Shown: one piece after another, positions 28,695 through 39,058 of the stretch
How positions within the stretch are numbered: the stretch's first letter is position 1
How the letters are laid out: every line of letters begins with the position of its first letter
Assembly (NCBI GenBank): GCA_050258375.1
Contig: JBLMYQ010000051.1
Coordinates: forward strand, 23,719 to 87,718
Origin: Deltaproteobacteria bacterium
Lineage (GTDB): Bacteria > Bacillota > Clostridia > Acetivibrionales > UBA4821
Reading direction: 5' to 3'
DNA: 64,000 nucleotides
Notes under the pieces: model-generated
The model's input: only the letters and a program-made list of their open reading frames with translations
What the model was told of the DNA's origin: nothing
The model's database searches: none
Made by a program: the position numbers and the translations under genes

Positions 28695-29849
28695 ATGTAC
28701 AGTCGTATTCTTCAAAAGGTTGCACAAAACCAAGCTGCAATGACAGGCATCCGCAATACCCTTCACCAATGCCCCGGATTAGGCTTTGAGGTCTCTGAAA
28801 CCGCCGACATTATTGAAAAGTACCTTTCTCGATGGAAGATTCCATATCGCCGTTTATCCAACAATGGCATAATCGCCGAAATAGGGAAAAAGGGCCAAAA
28901 GGTACTTGCCATACGGGCAGATATGGACGGTCTGCAAATCTACGAAGGAGCTGGGAACCCCTTTAAATCCCGGCACGAAGGTATCATGCATGCATGTGGA
29001 CACGATGCCCACATGGCAATTGTAATGGGTGCTGCTAAAACTCTGAAAGAAACAGAGAATGATCTTAATGGTATTGTAAGGTTCATCTTCCAGCCAGCAG
29101 AGGAAACAGCCTTAGGAGCGAACCAAATGATTGCTGCCGGCTGCTTGCATTACGTAAATGCAATTATTGGTCTGCATGTTGACCCTTCTATGGAAGCAGG
29201 CTGCGTAGGCATGAAGAATGGAACTGTCTTTGCCGGAACAAGCCCTTTTGATATCAGAATCAAAGGAAAGTCTGTTCATATCGCCAACCATCAGGAAGGC
29301 ATTGATGCCGCCTTAATTGCAGCCAAAATCCTTTGTTCCTTAGACACCTATTTTTATGGCAAGGAAAATGTTGTTGCCAAGATTGGAACAATGTCTGCCG
29401 GAACTGTTAGGAATGCAATCGCAGAGGAGGCTGTTTTAAAAGGGAGTCTTCGAATCTTCAGCAGTGAAGCCCGCTCGTTTTACCAAAAAAAGATTCAGCA
29501 AACAGCTCAGAAAATTGCCGAAAAGAATGGTGGAACAGCTTCGGTTGCTTTCAAGGAAGGGTGCCCAGTTCTTAGTAATAATCACACAGCCTTAAATCGA
29601 CTTTTCCGATTGAGTATTCAGGAAATAGGGATTGATTTAAAAGAAATTGAACACCCTCCCTTCACAGGTGAAGATTTTGCTTTTTTCTCACAGCATGTTC
29701 CAAGCTTATATTTCAGGCTTGGATGCCGGAATGAAGAGAAGGGCATTGCGCACCCGCTTCACAGCAACCTTTTCGATATTGATGAAAGTTGTTTATCGGT
29801 GGGCTGCTCAGCAATATGCACCTTTGCAATCAACTACCTTAATAATTAA
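28695..29849 (+). CDS. M20D amidohydrolase (N-acyl-amino acid / N-acetyl-DAP deacetylase-like)
   Basis: RADMD, MHACGHDAH, FQPAEE, GEDF, HPLHS. Confidence 0.9.
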   Translation: MYSRILQKVAQNQAAMTGIRNTLHQCPGLGFEVSETADIIEKYLSRWKIPYRRLSNNGIIAEIGKKGQKVLAIRADMDGLQIYEGAGNPFKSRHEGIMHACGHDAHMAIVMGAAKTLKETENDLNGIVRFIFQPAEETALGANQMIAAGCLHYVNAIIGLHVDPSMEAGCVGMKNGTVFAGTSPFDIRIKGKSVHIANHQEGIDAALIAAKILCSLDTYFYGKENVVAKIGTMSAGTVRNAIAEEAVLKGSLRIFSSEARSFYQKKIQQTAQKIAEKNGGTASVAFKEGCPVLSNNHTALNRLFRLSIQEIGIDLKEIEHPPFTGEDFAFFSQHVPSLYFRLGCRNEEKGIAHPLHSNLFDIDESCLSVGCSAICTFAINYLNN

Positions 29850-29864
29850 CCAGTCCTTTACACC

Positions 29865-29905
29865 AAAAGAAACCGTCTTCCTAATTTGGAATGCGGTTTC
29901 TTTTT
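29865..29905. terminator. Bidirectional terminator
   Basis: AAAAGAAACCG...CGGTTTCTTTTT between convergent genes. Confidence 0.75.
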
Positions 29906-29912
29906 AATCTTC

Positions 29913-29953
29913 TATTTCTCCTCTATTTCAAGAGAGGGAGCTAGGGGGTAATT
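29913..29953 (-). repeat. Single REP-like hairpin, type A, containing the dapF stop
   Basis: Minus strand AATTACCCCC-TAG-CTCCCTCTCTTGAAATAGAGGAGAAATA. Confidence 0.75.
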
Positions 29954-30789
29954 TCTCCTTCGAAAACAAACTCTGCCGCTCCGGTCATATAAACCCTGTT
30001 GTTTTCTTCCTTCCACTCTATCAACAAATCTCCACCTCTGAGCCTGACAACCGATTTCCTTTCAGCCAAGCCATTCAGTACTGCTGCAACCAATACTGCA
30101 CAAGCTCCCGTTCCACACGCGAGAGTTTCTCCTGCTCCTCTTTCCCATACTCTCATTTCTAAAAGCTCTCTGTTTATTACCTTAACAAACTCAGCATTAG
30201 TCCTCTTCGGAAAAATCTCGTTATTTTCTATCTCCAGCCCTATTCTTTCTATTACAATTCCATCAACATTATCAACAAATGTAACCGCATGAGGATTTCC
30301 CATTGAAACACAAGTAATTTGAACTAAATCCTTCTGTATCTCCAAAATCTCTTTTACAATTCCATTCTTGCTGCTTATTACAGGAATCCCGTCAGCCTCA
30401 AGGATAGGCTCTCCCATATCAACCTTAACCGATTCTACTAATCTATTTTGAATATTTAGCTCAATAGCCTTAATTCCTGCAAGTGTCTCAACATCAATAG
30501 CAGTTTTGTCAGTTAGACCTTTTTCATAAACATATTTTCCGACGCATCTTACAGCATTTCCGCACATCTCTGCTTCAGAACCGTCAGAATTGAACATCCT
30601 CATTCTAAAATCAGCTTTTTCTGAAGGCATAATCAATACCAACCCATCAGAGCCTACTCCGAAGTGCCTGTCGCTGATTTTTCTTGCCATCTGATTCAAA
30701 TCCCCTTCGATTTTCTGTTTAAAACAATCTATGTATACATAATCATTGCCAATTCCCTGCATTTTTGTAAAGATTATTGTATTATCCAT
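29941..30789 (-). CDS. dapF: Diaminopimelate epimerase
   Basis: [33 protein letters not shown]. Confidence 0.97.
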   Translation of the reverse strand: MDNTIIFTKMQGIGNDYVYIDCFKQKIEGDLNQMARKISDRHFGVGSDGLVLIMPSEKADFRMRMFNSDGSEAEMCGNAVRCVGKYVYEKGLTDKTAIDVETLAGIKAIELNIQNRLVESVKVDMGEPILEADGIPVISSKNGIVKEILEIQKDLVQITCVSMGNPHAVTFVDNVDGIVIERIGLEIENNEIFPKRTNAEFVKVINRELLEMRVWERGAGETLACGTGACAVLVAAVLNGLAERKSVVRLRGGDLLIEWKEENNRVYMTGAAEFVFEGEITP

Positions 30790-30900
30790 CCTACTACTTG
30801 CTCCTTTTCAAATATGTTTTTAATTTGTATATTATTTTTAAAGAAGAAAAGCAATATATTTAAAAAATTCATTACCATATAAAAAGATGCTTTGAAAATT

Positions 30901-30937
30901 ACTCTATAGGAAGGGCCTTGCATCCCTTCTATAGAGT
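30901..30937 (-). terminator. Probable terminator of the acyl-CoA synthetase genes
   Basis: ACTCTATAGGAAGGG...CCCTTCTATAGAGT. Confidence 0.6.
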
Positions 30938-30944
30938 TTTCTCT

Positions 30945-32708
30945 CTAGTTGTGGTGTCCGCTATTAATAAATTTACTTGCCATCTCACCAGCCATCTCAA
31001 TATAACGTTTTATTTTATTGGTTGTAGTTTTCTTAAATTCTTCTTCTCTTATATTATATTCTCTAATATGTTTATAAAGGGGAATTCTTTTGTTTACAAC
31101 CCTAACTTCTTTATCTATCAGTGATTTTATAAGTCCGTCAGAAACTTCATCCCCAAATTTTTCATTAATATATTCCTTATTAATTACTATAGTAGCACAA
31201 ACAACTGTATCACCATCATTGTCAGGCTTTCCGAAAATCATGGACTCTTTGATCAATGGACTGCGATTTATAATTATCTCTAATTCTTCAGGAAATATAT
31301 TCTTGCCATTTTTAGTAACTATCAAATCTTTCTTTCTACCCGTAATATGAAGGAATCCTTTTCTGTCAAAATAACCAAGGTCACCGGTATAAAACCAACC
31401 GTCCTTTATAACCTCAGCTGTTGCCTCAGGGTTTTCATAGTAACCAAGCATTAAATTAGGACCCTTTGCTAAAATCTCTCCATATTTATTACCGCTATCT
31501 TTTTCTATTTTGATTTCATTGCTTGGCATTGGAAGTCCTGCTGCAGAATCCTTAAAGTATTTATCCATATTCAATGCAATTATTGGAGAACATTCGGTTA
31601 AGCCATAACCCTGTATAAAGTGAATTCCAAAATCGCGAAACCCTTTTGCGACACGTGGGTCAAGAGCTGCTGCTCCGCTTATTATAAGCCTTAGCTTACC
31701 GCCAAAGGTTTCATGCAAATCTTTAAAAATTTTCCTTGATATATCTATACCAAAAAACTTTAATAGATTACTTACTAATAAAGCAATTTTCATTTTGGTA
31801 ACCAATCCGGGCCTTTTTGAAGACTGTTCCCATATTTTTCTGTACATAGTTTCGACTATTAGTGGAACTGAAAGCATTATTGTAGCTTTTGATTCCTTCA
31901 AGTTTTTTGCTATATGCCTTAAGCCTTCGCAGTAAGCAATTGTCAAACCTTTAGCCAAAGGTGTAAGAAAACCGCAGCTGCATTCATATGTATGATTCAG
32001 CGGCAGAAAGGACAAAACCGTATCATTCGAATCAAAATAAAGCATTTTTGTCATATCCATTATGTTTGTACAAATATTTTTATGTGAAAGCATTACAGCC
32101 TTTGCTGCAGCAGTAGTACCTGACGTAAAAAGCATTATACTCATAGCTTCATTGTCAATTTCCGCATTGATAAATCTATCATCACCATCTGCCAATAGCT
32201 TTTTACCTTCAGAAATAAGCTCCTGAAATGTATGGAAGGTTTTCTCTCCCTCTTTTGAATCCATACAAACCATAATCTTTATATCTTCATTCTTTTCTAC
32301 AACTTTTGTTATTACATGCTCATATTTACCTGAAAAAATAATAGCATTTGCTTCTGACCTTTTAATAAGACTTTCTATCTCATTTTCCGGAAGCTCCTTA
32401 TCAAGTGGAACAGAAATACCGACGCCGTTAACTACTGCCAGATATGAAACAGCCCATTCATACCTGTTTTCCCCTATTATTACTATCCTTTTTCCTTTTA
32501 AGCCCAAATTAATAAGCACTGTCCCCAAAGCATCCACGTCATGCTTCAATTGGGAATAAAGAATCGGAACATACTCATGGCTTTCTTTATCTTTAACAAG
32601 AAAAGCAGATTTCGAAGCATAATCATTACAGCTGGAATTAAGCATTTCTTTTAAATTATTAATTTTTACTGATTGATAAAATGGTTTGTACTTCGTATTG
32701 ACTCCCAT
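30945..32708 (-). CDS. Long-chain acyl-CoA synthetase-like AMP-binding enzyme
   Basis: FTSGTT, QGYGLTECSP, YTGDLG, GRKKDLI, KTTTNKIKR. Confidence 0.92.
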   Translation of the reverse strand: MGVNTKYKPFYQSVKINNLKEMLNSSCNDYASKSAFLVKDKESHEYVPILYSQLKHDVDALGTVLINLGLKGKRIVIIGENRYEWAVSYLAVVNGVGISVPLDKELPENEIESLIKRSEANAIIFSGKYEHVITKVVEKNEDIKIMVCMDSKEGEKTFHTFQELISEGKKLLADGDDRFINAEIDNEAMSIMLFTSGTTAAAKAVMLSHKNICTNIMDMTKMLYFDSNDTVLSFLPLNHTYECSCGFLTPLAKGLTIAYCEGLRHIAKNLKESKATIMLSVPLIVETMYRKIWEQSSKRPGLVTKMKIALLVSNLLKFFGIDISRKIFKDLHETFGGKLRLIISGAAALDPRVAKGFRDFGIHFIQGYGLTECSPIIALNMDKYFKDSAAGLPMPSNEIKIEKDSGNKYGEILAKGPNLMLGYYENPEATAEVIKDGWFYTGDLGYFDRKGFLHITGRKKDLIVTKNGKNIFPEELEIIINRSPLIKESMIFGKPDNDGDTVVCATIVINKEYINEKFGDEVSDGLIKSLIDKEVRVVNKRIPLYKHIREYNIREEEFKKTTTNKIKRYIEMAGEMASKFINSGHHN

Positions 32709-32823
32709 AAAATATCCTCTCTGACTTCAATATCATTGGACATAATCTACTAATGCATTAACTCTTTTATACAGTATATATTTTAATTTGTAAAATAATA
32801 ATTTTATAGTAAATACAATAATA

Positions 32824-34551
32824 TTATTTCGAGGTTTCCAAATACCTTTTTATTTTTTTCGTTGTTGTCTTTTGGAATTCCTCTTCTCTTATACTGTATT
32901 GCTTAATGTGCTTATACGGCAAGATCGAATGATTGATTTTCTTGATTTCTTCGCCAACAATAAAGTTAACCATTTCTTCCGTAAGAGAATCTCCGCATTT
33001 TTCTTCAAGATATTCCCTGTTAATTACAATTTCGGCACATACCAAGGTATCTCCATCTTCATCCGGCTTCCCATAGACCATGGACTCCTTGACAAACAAT
33101 GCTCTGTTTATAAGGGTTTCCAGTTCTTCCGGATATATATTTTTACCATTTTTCGTTACTATCAGGTATTTTTTTCTTCCTGTTATATATATAAAGCCAT
33201 TTTTATCAATGTATCCCAAATCTCCAGTATAATACCATCCATCTTTCAATACATTATTAGTAGCCTCTTCATTATTGTAGTACCCAATCATTATATTCGG
33301 ACCTCTTACAACGATTTCCCCTATTCCCTCATCATTCTTATCTTCAATTTTCACCTCAACATTTGGCGTAGGAAGACCAGCCGAAGCATCTTTACTATAC
33401 CCCACCATATTAACTGCTACAAGCGGTGAACACTCAGTCAGCCCATACCCCTGAATCGCTAATATCCCAAATTCGCGATAGCCTTTTGATACTGCGGGGT
33501 CAATTGCAGCCGCACCGCTGATTAATAGTGACATGCTGCCTCCCATCATGTCGTGAATAGGCTTAAAAAGTCTTTTTCTTATATCAATACCAAACATTAA
33601 AAGAAAATTACTTAAAGCAATTGCAATTTTAAGCTTCCTCATTTTACCCGGTTCTTTTGCCGCTTGCTCCCATATTCTTTTGTAAATATTTTCAGCAATC
33701 AATGGCACCGTCAGCATAATCGTCGCTTTTGACTGCTGAAGATTCTTGACTATGTGCCTTAATCCCTGACAAAAAGCTATTGTTGAGCCGGAATATATTT
33801 GCAGCAGGAAGCCTCCTGTACATTCATAGGTATGGTGTATCGGAAGTACAGATAGCAAGACATCTTTCTCTGTAAACAACACCATGCTTCCCATATCCAT
33901 TATGTTTGAAGAGATATTTCTATGTGATAGCATTACTGCTTTTGAAGAATCTGTTGTCCCTGAAGTAAAAAGCATCATTCCCATTTCTTCTGAATCTATT
34001 ACAGCATCAACATAGTCTTTTATGCCTTCTTCTATAAGCTTTTCGCCCTCTTTGACAAGCTTTTTATAGGAGTAGAAGTTATCCTTATCATCTTCTAAGT
34101 CCATAGAAATATATTTTTTTACTGAATCAACTTTTTGAATGATATTGTCAAAGACAGCCTGCAGCTTGCCTGAAAAAATTACTGCTTCAGCCTCAGACCT
34201 TATAAGGAGGTTTTCTATTTCATTCTCCGGCAGTTCCTTGTCAATAGGAACAATTACTCCCACACCATTTACCACAGCCAAATATGTAACTGCCCACTCG
34301 TATCTGTTTTCTCCTATCACGGCAACCCTTTTCCCTTTTAAACCGCTTTGTAATAAAGCTGTCCCTAATGAATTAACATCTTTACCATATTGGCTGTAAG
34401 ATACAGGCATATAATTTTCGATTTCCTGTGAATAAACAAGGAAGGCTGGCTTTTCCCCAAAAATAGTACAACTTTGCACCAGCATCTCTTTAAGATTTGA
34501 GATTGGTCTTACTTTATTAAGTGGCTTCTTATACAACTTTAAATTATTCAT
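32824..34551 (-). CDS. Long-chain acyl-CoA synthetase-like AMP-binding enzyme (tandem paralog)
   Basis: FTSGTT, QGYGLTECSP, YTGDLG, KTTTKKIKR. Confidence 0.92.
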   Translation of the reverse strand: MNNLKLYKKPLNKVRPISNLKEMLVQSCTIFGEKPAFLVYSQEIENYMPVSYSQYGKDVNSLGTALLQSGLKGKRVAVIGENRYEWAVTYLAVVNGVGVIVPIDKELPENEIENLLIRSEAEAVIFSGKLQAVFDNIIQKVDSVKKYISMDLEDDKDNFYSYKKLVKEGEKLIEEGIKDYVDAVIDSEEMGMMLFTSGTTDSSKAVMLSHRNISSNIMDMGSMVLFTEKDVLLSVLPIHHTYECTGGFLLQIYSGSTIAFCQGLRHIVKNLQQSKATIMLTVPLIAENIYKRIWEQAAKEPGKMRKLKIAIALSNFLLMFGIDIRKRLFKPIHDMMGGSMSLLISGAAAIDPAVSKGYREFGILAIQGYGLTECSPLVAVNMVGYSKDASAGLPTPNVEVKIEDKNDEGIGEIVVRGPNIMIGYYNNEEATNNVLKDGWYYTGDLGYIDKNGFIYITGRKKYLIVTKNGKNIYPEELETLINRALFVKESMVYGKPDEDGDTLVCAEIVINREYLEEKCGDSLTEEMVNFIVGEEIKKINHSILPYKHIKQYSIREEEFQKTTTKKIKRYLETSK

Positions 34552-34710
34552 TTAATCTTCCTTTCAAAATTTGTACAAGCATTTGGTATCTGGTGCTAAT
34601 TATTATAACTTATTAAATAAAAAAAATAAACATGCCATTTCTTTTCTATTAAATGGAAAATAATAATTTTTATAAAGTAATGTTGTTTTTTTGTTAATTT
34701 GCTGAGTATA

Positions 34711-34739
34711 CTGACAAATAGCATTCTTTAAGATATAAT
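34711..34739 (+). promoter_or_regulatory. Putative sigma-A promoter
   Basis: CTGACA-N17-TATAAT. Confidence 0.6.
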
Positions 34740-34773
34740 TATTATGTCCAAAATATTACTAAGGAGGAAAGCT

Positions 34774-35133
34774 ATGAAATGTCCTGTATGTGATGTTGAG
34801 ATGAAGCATGCCTCAATTAAAAATGTTGAAATTGATTACTGTGAGCAATGTCAAGGATTTTGGTGCGATAAGGATGAGCTTGAAAAAGTCGCAATGCTTG
34901 GCAAAGACTATCTGGCAAGTTCTCCAATATCCAAAAGCATTGAGGAGGGTATTCAAAGCACTAATAAGCCAAACAAATCCTTACTCCTTTGTCCAAGCTG
35001 TAACGCAAGCCTCGTAAAATTTAATTATTCATATGAAAGTGATATCTTTTTGGAAACTTGCAAGATATGCAACGGAATTTGGGTAGATGATGGTGAATTA
35101 GGAGATATTATTGATTATATTTATAGTGAATAA
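34774..35133 (+). CDS. zf-TFIIB-type zinc-ribbon protein, two domains
   Basis: CPVC...IDYCEQCQGFWCDKDEL and CPSC...CKICNGIWVDDGEL; RBS AAGGAGG. Confidence 0.85.
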   Translation: MKCPVCDVEMKHASIKNVEIDYCEQCQGFWCDKDELEKVAMLGKDYLASSPISKSIEEGIQSTNKPNKSLLLCPSCNASLVKFNYSYESDIFLETCKICNGIWVDDGELGDIIDYIYSE

Positions 35134-35159
35134 TAATAATCAGTATATGGAGGTGCCAA

Positions 35160-35669
35160 ATGAAGTGTCCAAAATGTAATTCCAGTCTTAAAACAGCAGA
35201 AATCGAGAATATATCTGTAGAAATATGTCCATCATGTGATGGTTTATGGTTAGATAAAATTGAGTTAGCAAAAATAGTTGATTTTGATTTTAATTTACTA
35301 AAAAAATCAGAAATAGCTTCCACACTAGATAAAGATAAACAAATAGATGTAACAGAAAATAAAATAATAAAATGTCCAAATTGCAGCTCTCAAATGATAA
35401 GTACCAACAGTTTATTTAACGCTGATACTAATATTGACATATGTCCAGCATGCAATGGGACATGGCTGGATGATGGCGAATTAAAAGAAGTAATAAATTA
35501 TATGAAGAAAAATTCAGGCTCCCTTTCAGATGAGCAAATAAATAAAATAAAATTAAAGCTCCAACATTCTCAGGAAGCACTTCATAAATCAGGAATAATT
35601 GGTCTTATGGAATCTTATTTTATATCTATAAAGAAGCTTGTTCATCATAAAGATTACGATGCATTTTAA
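35160..35669 (+). CDS. zf-TFIIB-type zinc-ribbon protein, two domains (paralog)
   Basis: CPKC...CPSCDGLWLDKIEL and CPNC...CPACNGTWLDDGEL. Confidence 0.85.
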   Translation: MKCPKCNSSLKTAEIENISVEICPSCDGLWLDKIELAKIVDFDFNLLKKSEIASTLDKDKQIDVTENKIIKCPNCSSQMISTNSLFNADTNIDICPACNGTWLDDGELKEVINYMKKNSGSLSDEQINKIKLKLQHSQEALHKSGIIGLMESYFISIKKLVHHKDYDAF

Positions 35670-35780
35670 ATTATTATATTGAACATAATTAACTTTTGAG
35701 ATTTATGCTTTGAGTTTTGTAATATGTTTTATTTGATTTTATAATACTATAATAATAGCTTAGAATAGGAGGTATATTAA

Positions 35781-36359
35781 ATGAATAAGGTCGTCGAAAT
35801 CAGATGGCATGGAAGAGGCGGTCAAGGTGCAAAAACAGCATCCTTACTTCTTGCCGATGCAGCCTTCAATACCGGAAAATATATTCAAGGATTCCCTGAA
35901 TATGGTCCTGAAAGAATGGGTGCACCAATCACGGCATACAACCGTATAAGTGATGAGAAAATCACTGTTCACAGCAATATTTACGAGCCTGATTATGTGG
36001 TAGTTGTTGATGACACACTTTTAACTTCAGTTGATGTAACTGCAGGATTAAATTCAGAGGGAGCAATAATAATCAACACAACAAAATCACCAGAAGAAAT
36101 AAAACCTCTTTTAAAGGGGTACTCCGGAAAGGTTTGCACAATAGATGCAAGAACAATTTCAATGGAAACATTAGGTAAGTATTTTCCTAACACTCCAATG
36201 CTTGCCGCTGTAGTAAAGGTTAGCAAGGTTATGGATGAAAACAGATTTCTTAATGATATGGAAGATTCATTTAAACACAAATTTGCCAAGAAGCCTGAAA
36301 TGGTACAAGGTAATATAAATGCTCTCAAGAGAGCAATGCAGGAGGTGAAGGGGCTATGA
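35781..36359 (+). CDS. porC: Pyruvate:ferredoxin oxidoreductase gamma subunit
   Basis: EIRWHGRGGQGAKT, FPEYGPERMGAP. Confidence 0.92.
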   Translation: MNKVVEIRWHGRGGQGAKTASLLLADAAFNTGKYIQGFPEYGPERMGAPITAYNRISDEKITVHSNIYEPDYVVVVDDTLLTSVDVTAGLNSEGAIIINTTKSPEEIKPLLKGYSGKVCTIDARTISMETLGKYFPNTPMLAAVVKVSKVMDENRFLNDMEDSFKHKFAKKPEMVQGNINALKRAMQEVKGL

Positions 36360-36655
36360 GCAATAATAATATAACCAGAAGCACTCCTTGGAGAGAACTG
36401 ACCGAAGGAGGAACAATATATACTCCTGGCAATTCAGAAAATGTTAAAACCGGCGATTGGCGTTCAATGAAGCCTATCTGGATAAAAGAAAACTGCAAGC
36501 AATGTCTTCTTTGTTACCCTGTATGCCCTGACACATCAATTCTTATTGATGAAGAAGGAAAAAGAATAGATTTTGATTATAATCATTGCAAGGGATGTGG
36601 AGTATGCTTCAAGGTTTGTCCCTTTAAAGCAATAGACTTCGCAGAGGAAAGATAG
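36356..36655 (+). CDS. porD: Pyruvate:ferredoxin oxidoreductase delta subunit
   Basis: TGDWRS and two CxxCxxCxxxCP motifs. Confidence 0.92.
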   Translation: MSNNNITRSTPWRELTEGGTIYTPGNSENVKTGDWRSMKPIWIKENCKQCLLCYPVCPDTSILIDEEGKRIDFDYNHCKGCGVCFKVCPFKAIDFAEER

Positions 36656-36693
36656 AGAAAGATTAGTTTAACTAGAAAGGAATGATAAAACAA

Positions 36694-37878
36694 ATGTCTA
36701 TTAGAGAAAGATTAAGTGGTAACGAGGCAGTTGCAACTGCTATGAAGCAAATAAATCCCGACGTTGTTGCTGCTTTTCCTATAACACCATCAACAGAAGT
36801 TCCCCAGTATTTTTCAACCTTTGTAGCGAACGGAAGTGTTGATACCGAATTCGTTGCCGTTGAAAGTGAACACAGCGCAATGAGTGCTTGCGTAGGTGCT
36901 TCGGCTGCAGGTGGAAGAGCTATGACCGCGACATCAGCAAACGGACTTGCGCTTATGTGGGAAGAGCTTTATATAGCTGCAGCATCAAGATTGCCAATAG
37001 TTATGGCTTGCGTAAACAGAACACTGTCAGGGCCACTGAATATACACAATGACCACAGCGACTCAATGGGAGCTAGAGATTCCGGTTGGATTCAGCTTTA
37101 CTCGGAAAGCAATCAGGAAGCTTACGATAACATGATAATGGCTGTAAAAATCGCAGAGCATCCAGACGTAAACCTTCCGGTAATGGTCTGTCTTGACGGC
37201 TTTATAACAAGCCATTCACTTGAAAATATCGAACTGTTAGAAGATGATATAGTGAAAAACTTTGTTGGAGAGTATAATCCAAAGCATTTTTTACTTGATA
37301 AAAATAATCCGATATCAGTTGGCCCACTTGATTTGCAGTTTTACTGCTTTGAACATAAAAAACAGCAATCACAGGCAATGTACAATGCAAGAAAGGTTAT
37401 TGCCGATGTAACTAATGATTTTGCCAGAATTTCGGGAAGAGAATATGGAACCTTTGAAGCATACAGAATGGATGATGCAGAGGTTGCAGCGATTATTCTT
37501 AATTCAACCGCCGGAACAGCCAAGTATGTAGTTGATCAGCTTAGAGAAAAAGGAATAAAGGCTGGCTTAATCAAGCCAAGAATTTTCCGCCCATTCCCAG
37601 TTGACGAAATAGCTGATGCAGTTAAAAATTGTAAAGCCTTAGCTGTTATGGATAAAGCCGACAGCTTCAACGCCGCCGGTGGCCCACTGTTTACAGAGGT
37701 AACAAGTGCAATGCTTGTAAATGGAATTACAAATGTTAAAACTGTTAATTATATTTATGGACTTGGCGGAAGAGATGTCAAGACAGATGATATTGAAAAG
37801 GTTTATAATGACTTATCAAAAATAGCTGGCCAAGGCAAGGTTGAATCGACATTCAATTACCTTGGCGTTAGAGAATAG
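36694..37878 (+). CDS. porA: Pyruvate:ferredoxin oxidoreductase alpha subunit
   Basis: GNEAVA, AFPITPST, ESEHSA, GLGGRD. Confidence 0.92.
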   Translation: MSIRERLSGNEAVATAMKQINPDVVAAFPITPSTEVPQYFSTFVANGSVDTEFVAVESEHSAMSACVGASAAGGRAMTATSANGLALMWEELYIAAASRLPIVMACVNRTLSGPLNIHNDHSDSMGARDSGWIQLYSESNQEAYDNMIMAVKIAEHPDVNLPVMVCLDGFITSHSLENIELLEDDIVKNFVGEYNPKHFLLDKNNPISVGPLDLQFYCFEHKKQQSQAMYNARKVIADVTNDFARISGREYGTFEAYRMDDAEVAAIILNSTAGTAKYVVDQLREKGIKAGLIKPRIFRPFPVDEIADAVKNCKALAVMDKADSFNAAGGPLFTEVTSAMLVNGITNVKTVNYIYGLGGRDVKTDDIEKVYNDLSKIAGQGKVESTFNYLGVRE

Positions 37879-37890
37879 GCGGTGAATAAT

Positions 37891-38835
37891 ATGGCATATA
37901 ATTTGAAAGAAGCAGCAAAAAAGCCCGAACGGCTTAGCGGAGGTCACACAATGTGTGCAGGCTGTGGAGCTCCAGTGGTTGTTAGAGGAATATTAAGAGC
38001 TCTTAAACCTGAAGACCATCTTGTAGTTGGCTCAGCAACCGGTTGTCTTGAAGTATCAACATTTCTTTATCCATACACAGCATGGAAGGATTCCTTCATT
38101 CATAATGCATTTGAAAATGCTGGTGCAACAGTTTCCGGAGCAGAGGCAGCATACAATGCAATGAAAAGAAAAGGAAAAATTCCTACCGAACAAGAAACTA
38201 AATTCATCGCTTTTGGCGGCGACGGCGGAACATACGATATAGGCTTACAGTCACTATCCGGAGCAATGGAACGCGGGCACGACATGGTATATGTATGCTA
38301 TGATAATGAAGCATATATGAATACAGGTATTCAACGTTCATCCGCAACACCCAAATTTGCAGATACCACAACTTCTCCTGCAGGAAAGAAGATTCCCGGA
38401 AAAATGCAGTATAGAAAAGATTTGACTATGGTTATGGCAAATCATCATTTGCCATATGTTGCACAAACAGCACCAGTTGGTAATCTTAAGGATTTGTATG
38501 AAAAAGCAGAGAAGGCTATCTACACAAAAGGTCCGGCTTTTCTGAATGTCTTAGCTCCATGTCCCAGAGGCTGGGGATATGATACCCCGAATCTTATGGA
38601 TATAACCAAGCTGGCTGTTGACACATGCTTCTGGCCAATGTATGAGGTTGTGAATGGAAAATATACGATTACGTATAAGCCAAAAAATAAATTGCCTGTT
38701 GAAGAATTTCTGAAGGTGCAAACAAGATTCAAGCATTTATTCAAGCCAGGCAATGAATGGATGATCGAGGATATACAGGCAGAAGTAGACCATAGGTGGT
38801 CTGAGCTTCAAACATTAGAATCTAAAGAATGCTAG
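37891..38835 (+). CDS. porB: Pyruvate:ferredoxin oxidoreductase beta subunit
   Basis: CAGCG, TPP motif GGDGG...DNEAYMNTG, PCPRGW. Confidence 0.92.
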   Translation: MAYNLKEAAKKPERLSGGHTMCAGCGAPVVVRGILRALKPEDHLVVGSATGCLEVSTFLYPYTAWKDSFIHNAFENAGATVSGAEAAYNAMKRKGKIPTEQETKFIAFGGDGGTYDIGLQSLSGAMERGHDMVYVCYDNEAYMNTGIQRSSATPKFADTTTSPAGKKIPGKMQYRKDLTMVMANHHLPYVAQTAPVGNLKDLYEKAEKAIYTKGPAFLNVLAPCPRGWGYDTPNLMDITKLAVDTCFWPMYEVVNGKYTITYKPKNKLPVEEFLKVQTRFKHLFKPGNEWMIEDIQAEVDHRWSELQTLESKEC

Positions 38836-38842
38836 ATGGCTT

Positions 38843-38869
38843 AACCCTCTCTGAATGAGAGGGTTTTTT
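38843..38869 (+). terminator. Intrinsic terminator of the por operon
   Basis: AACCCTCTC-tgaat-GAGAGGGTT-TTTT. Confidence 0.85.
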
Positions 38870-38905
38870 ATTGAACTGATACTACCAATATTACCAATTT
38901 ATAGG

Positions 38906-38935
38906 TTTACAAAAATTAATTCTCTGTGATATAAT
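38906..38935 (+). promoter_or_regulatory. Putative sigma-A promoter
   Basis: TTTACA-N18-TATAAT with extended -10 TG. Confidence 0.5.
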
Positions 38936-39058
38936 CAATCTAATTTTATATTTTTATAATATTGTAACCTTAGACAAGCTATTTGCCTTAGGAGTTTTTT
39001 GAAGGGAGGTATTCTTAATTCGTATTTTCTACCTGAATAATTTTAGGGAGGTCTTAGT

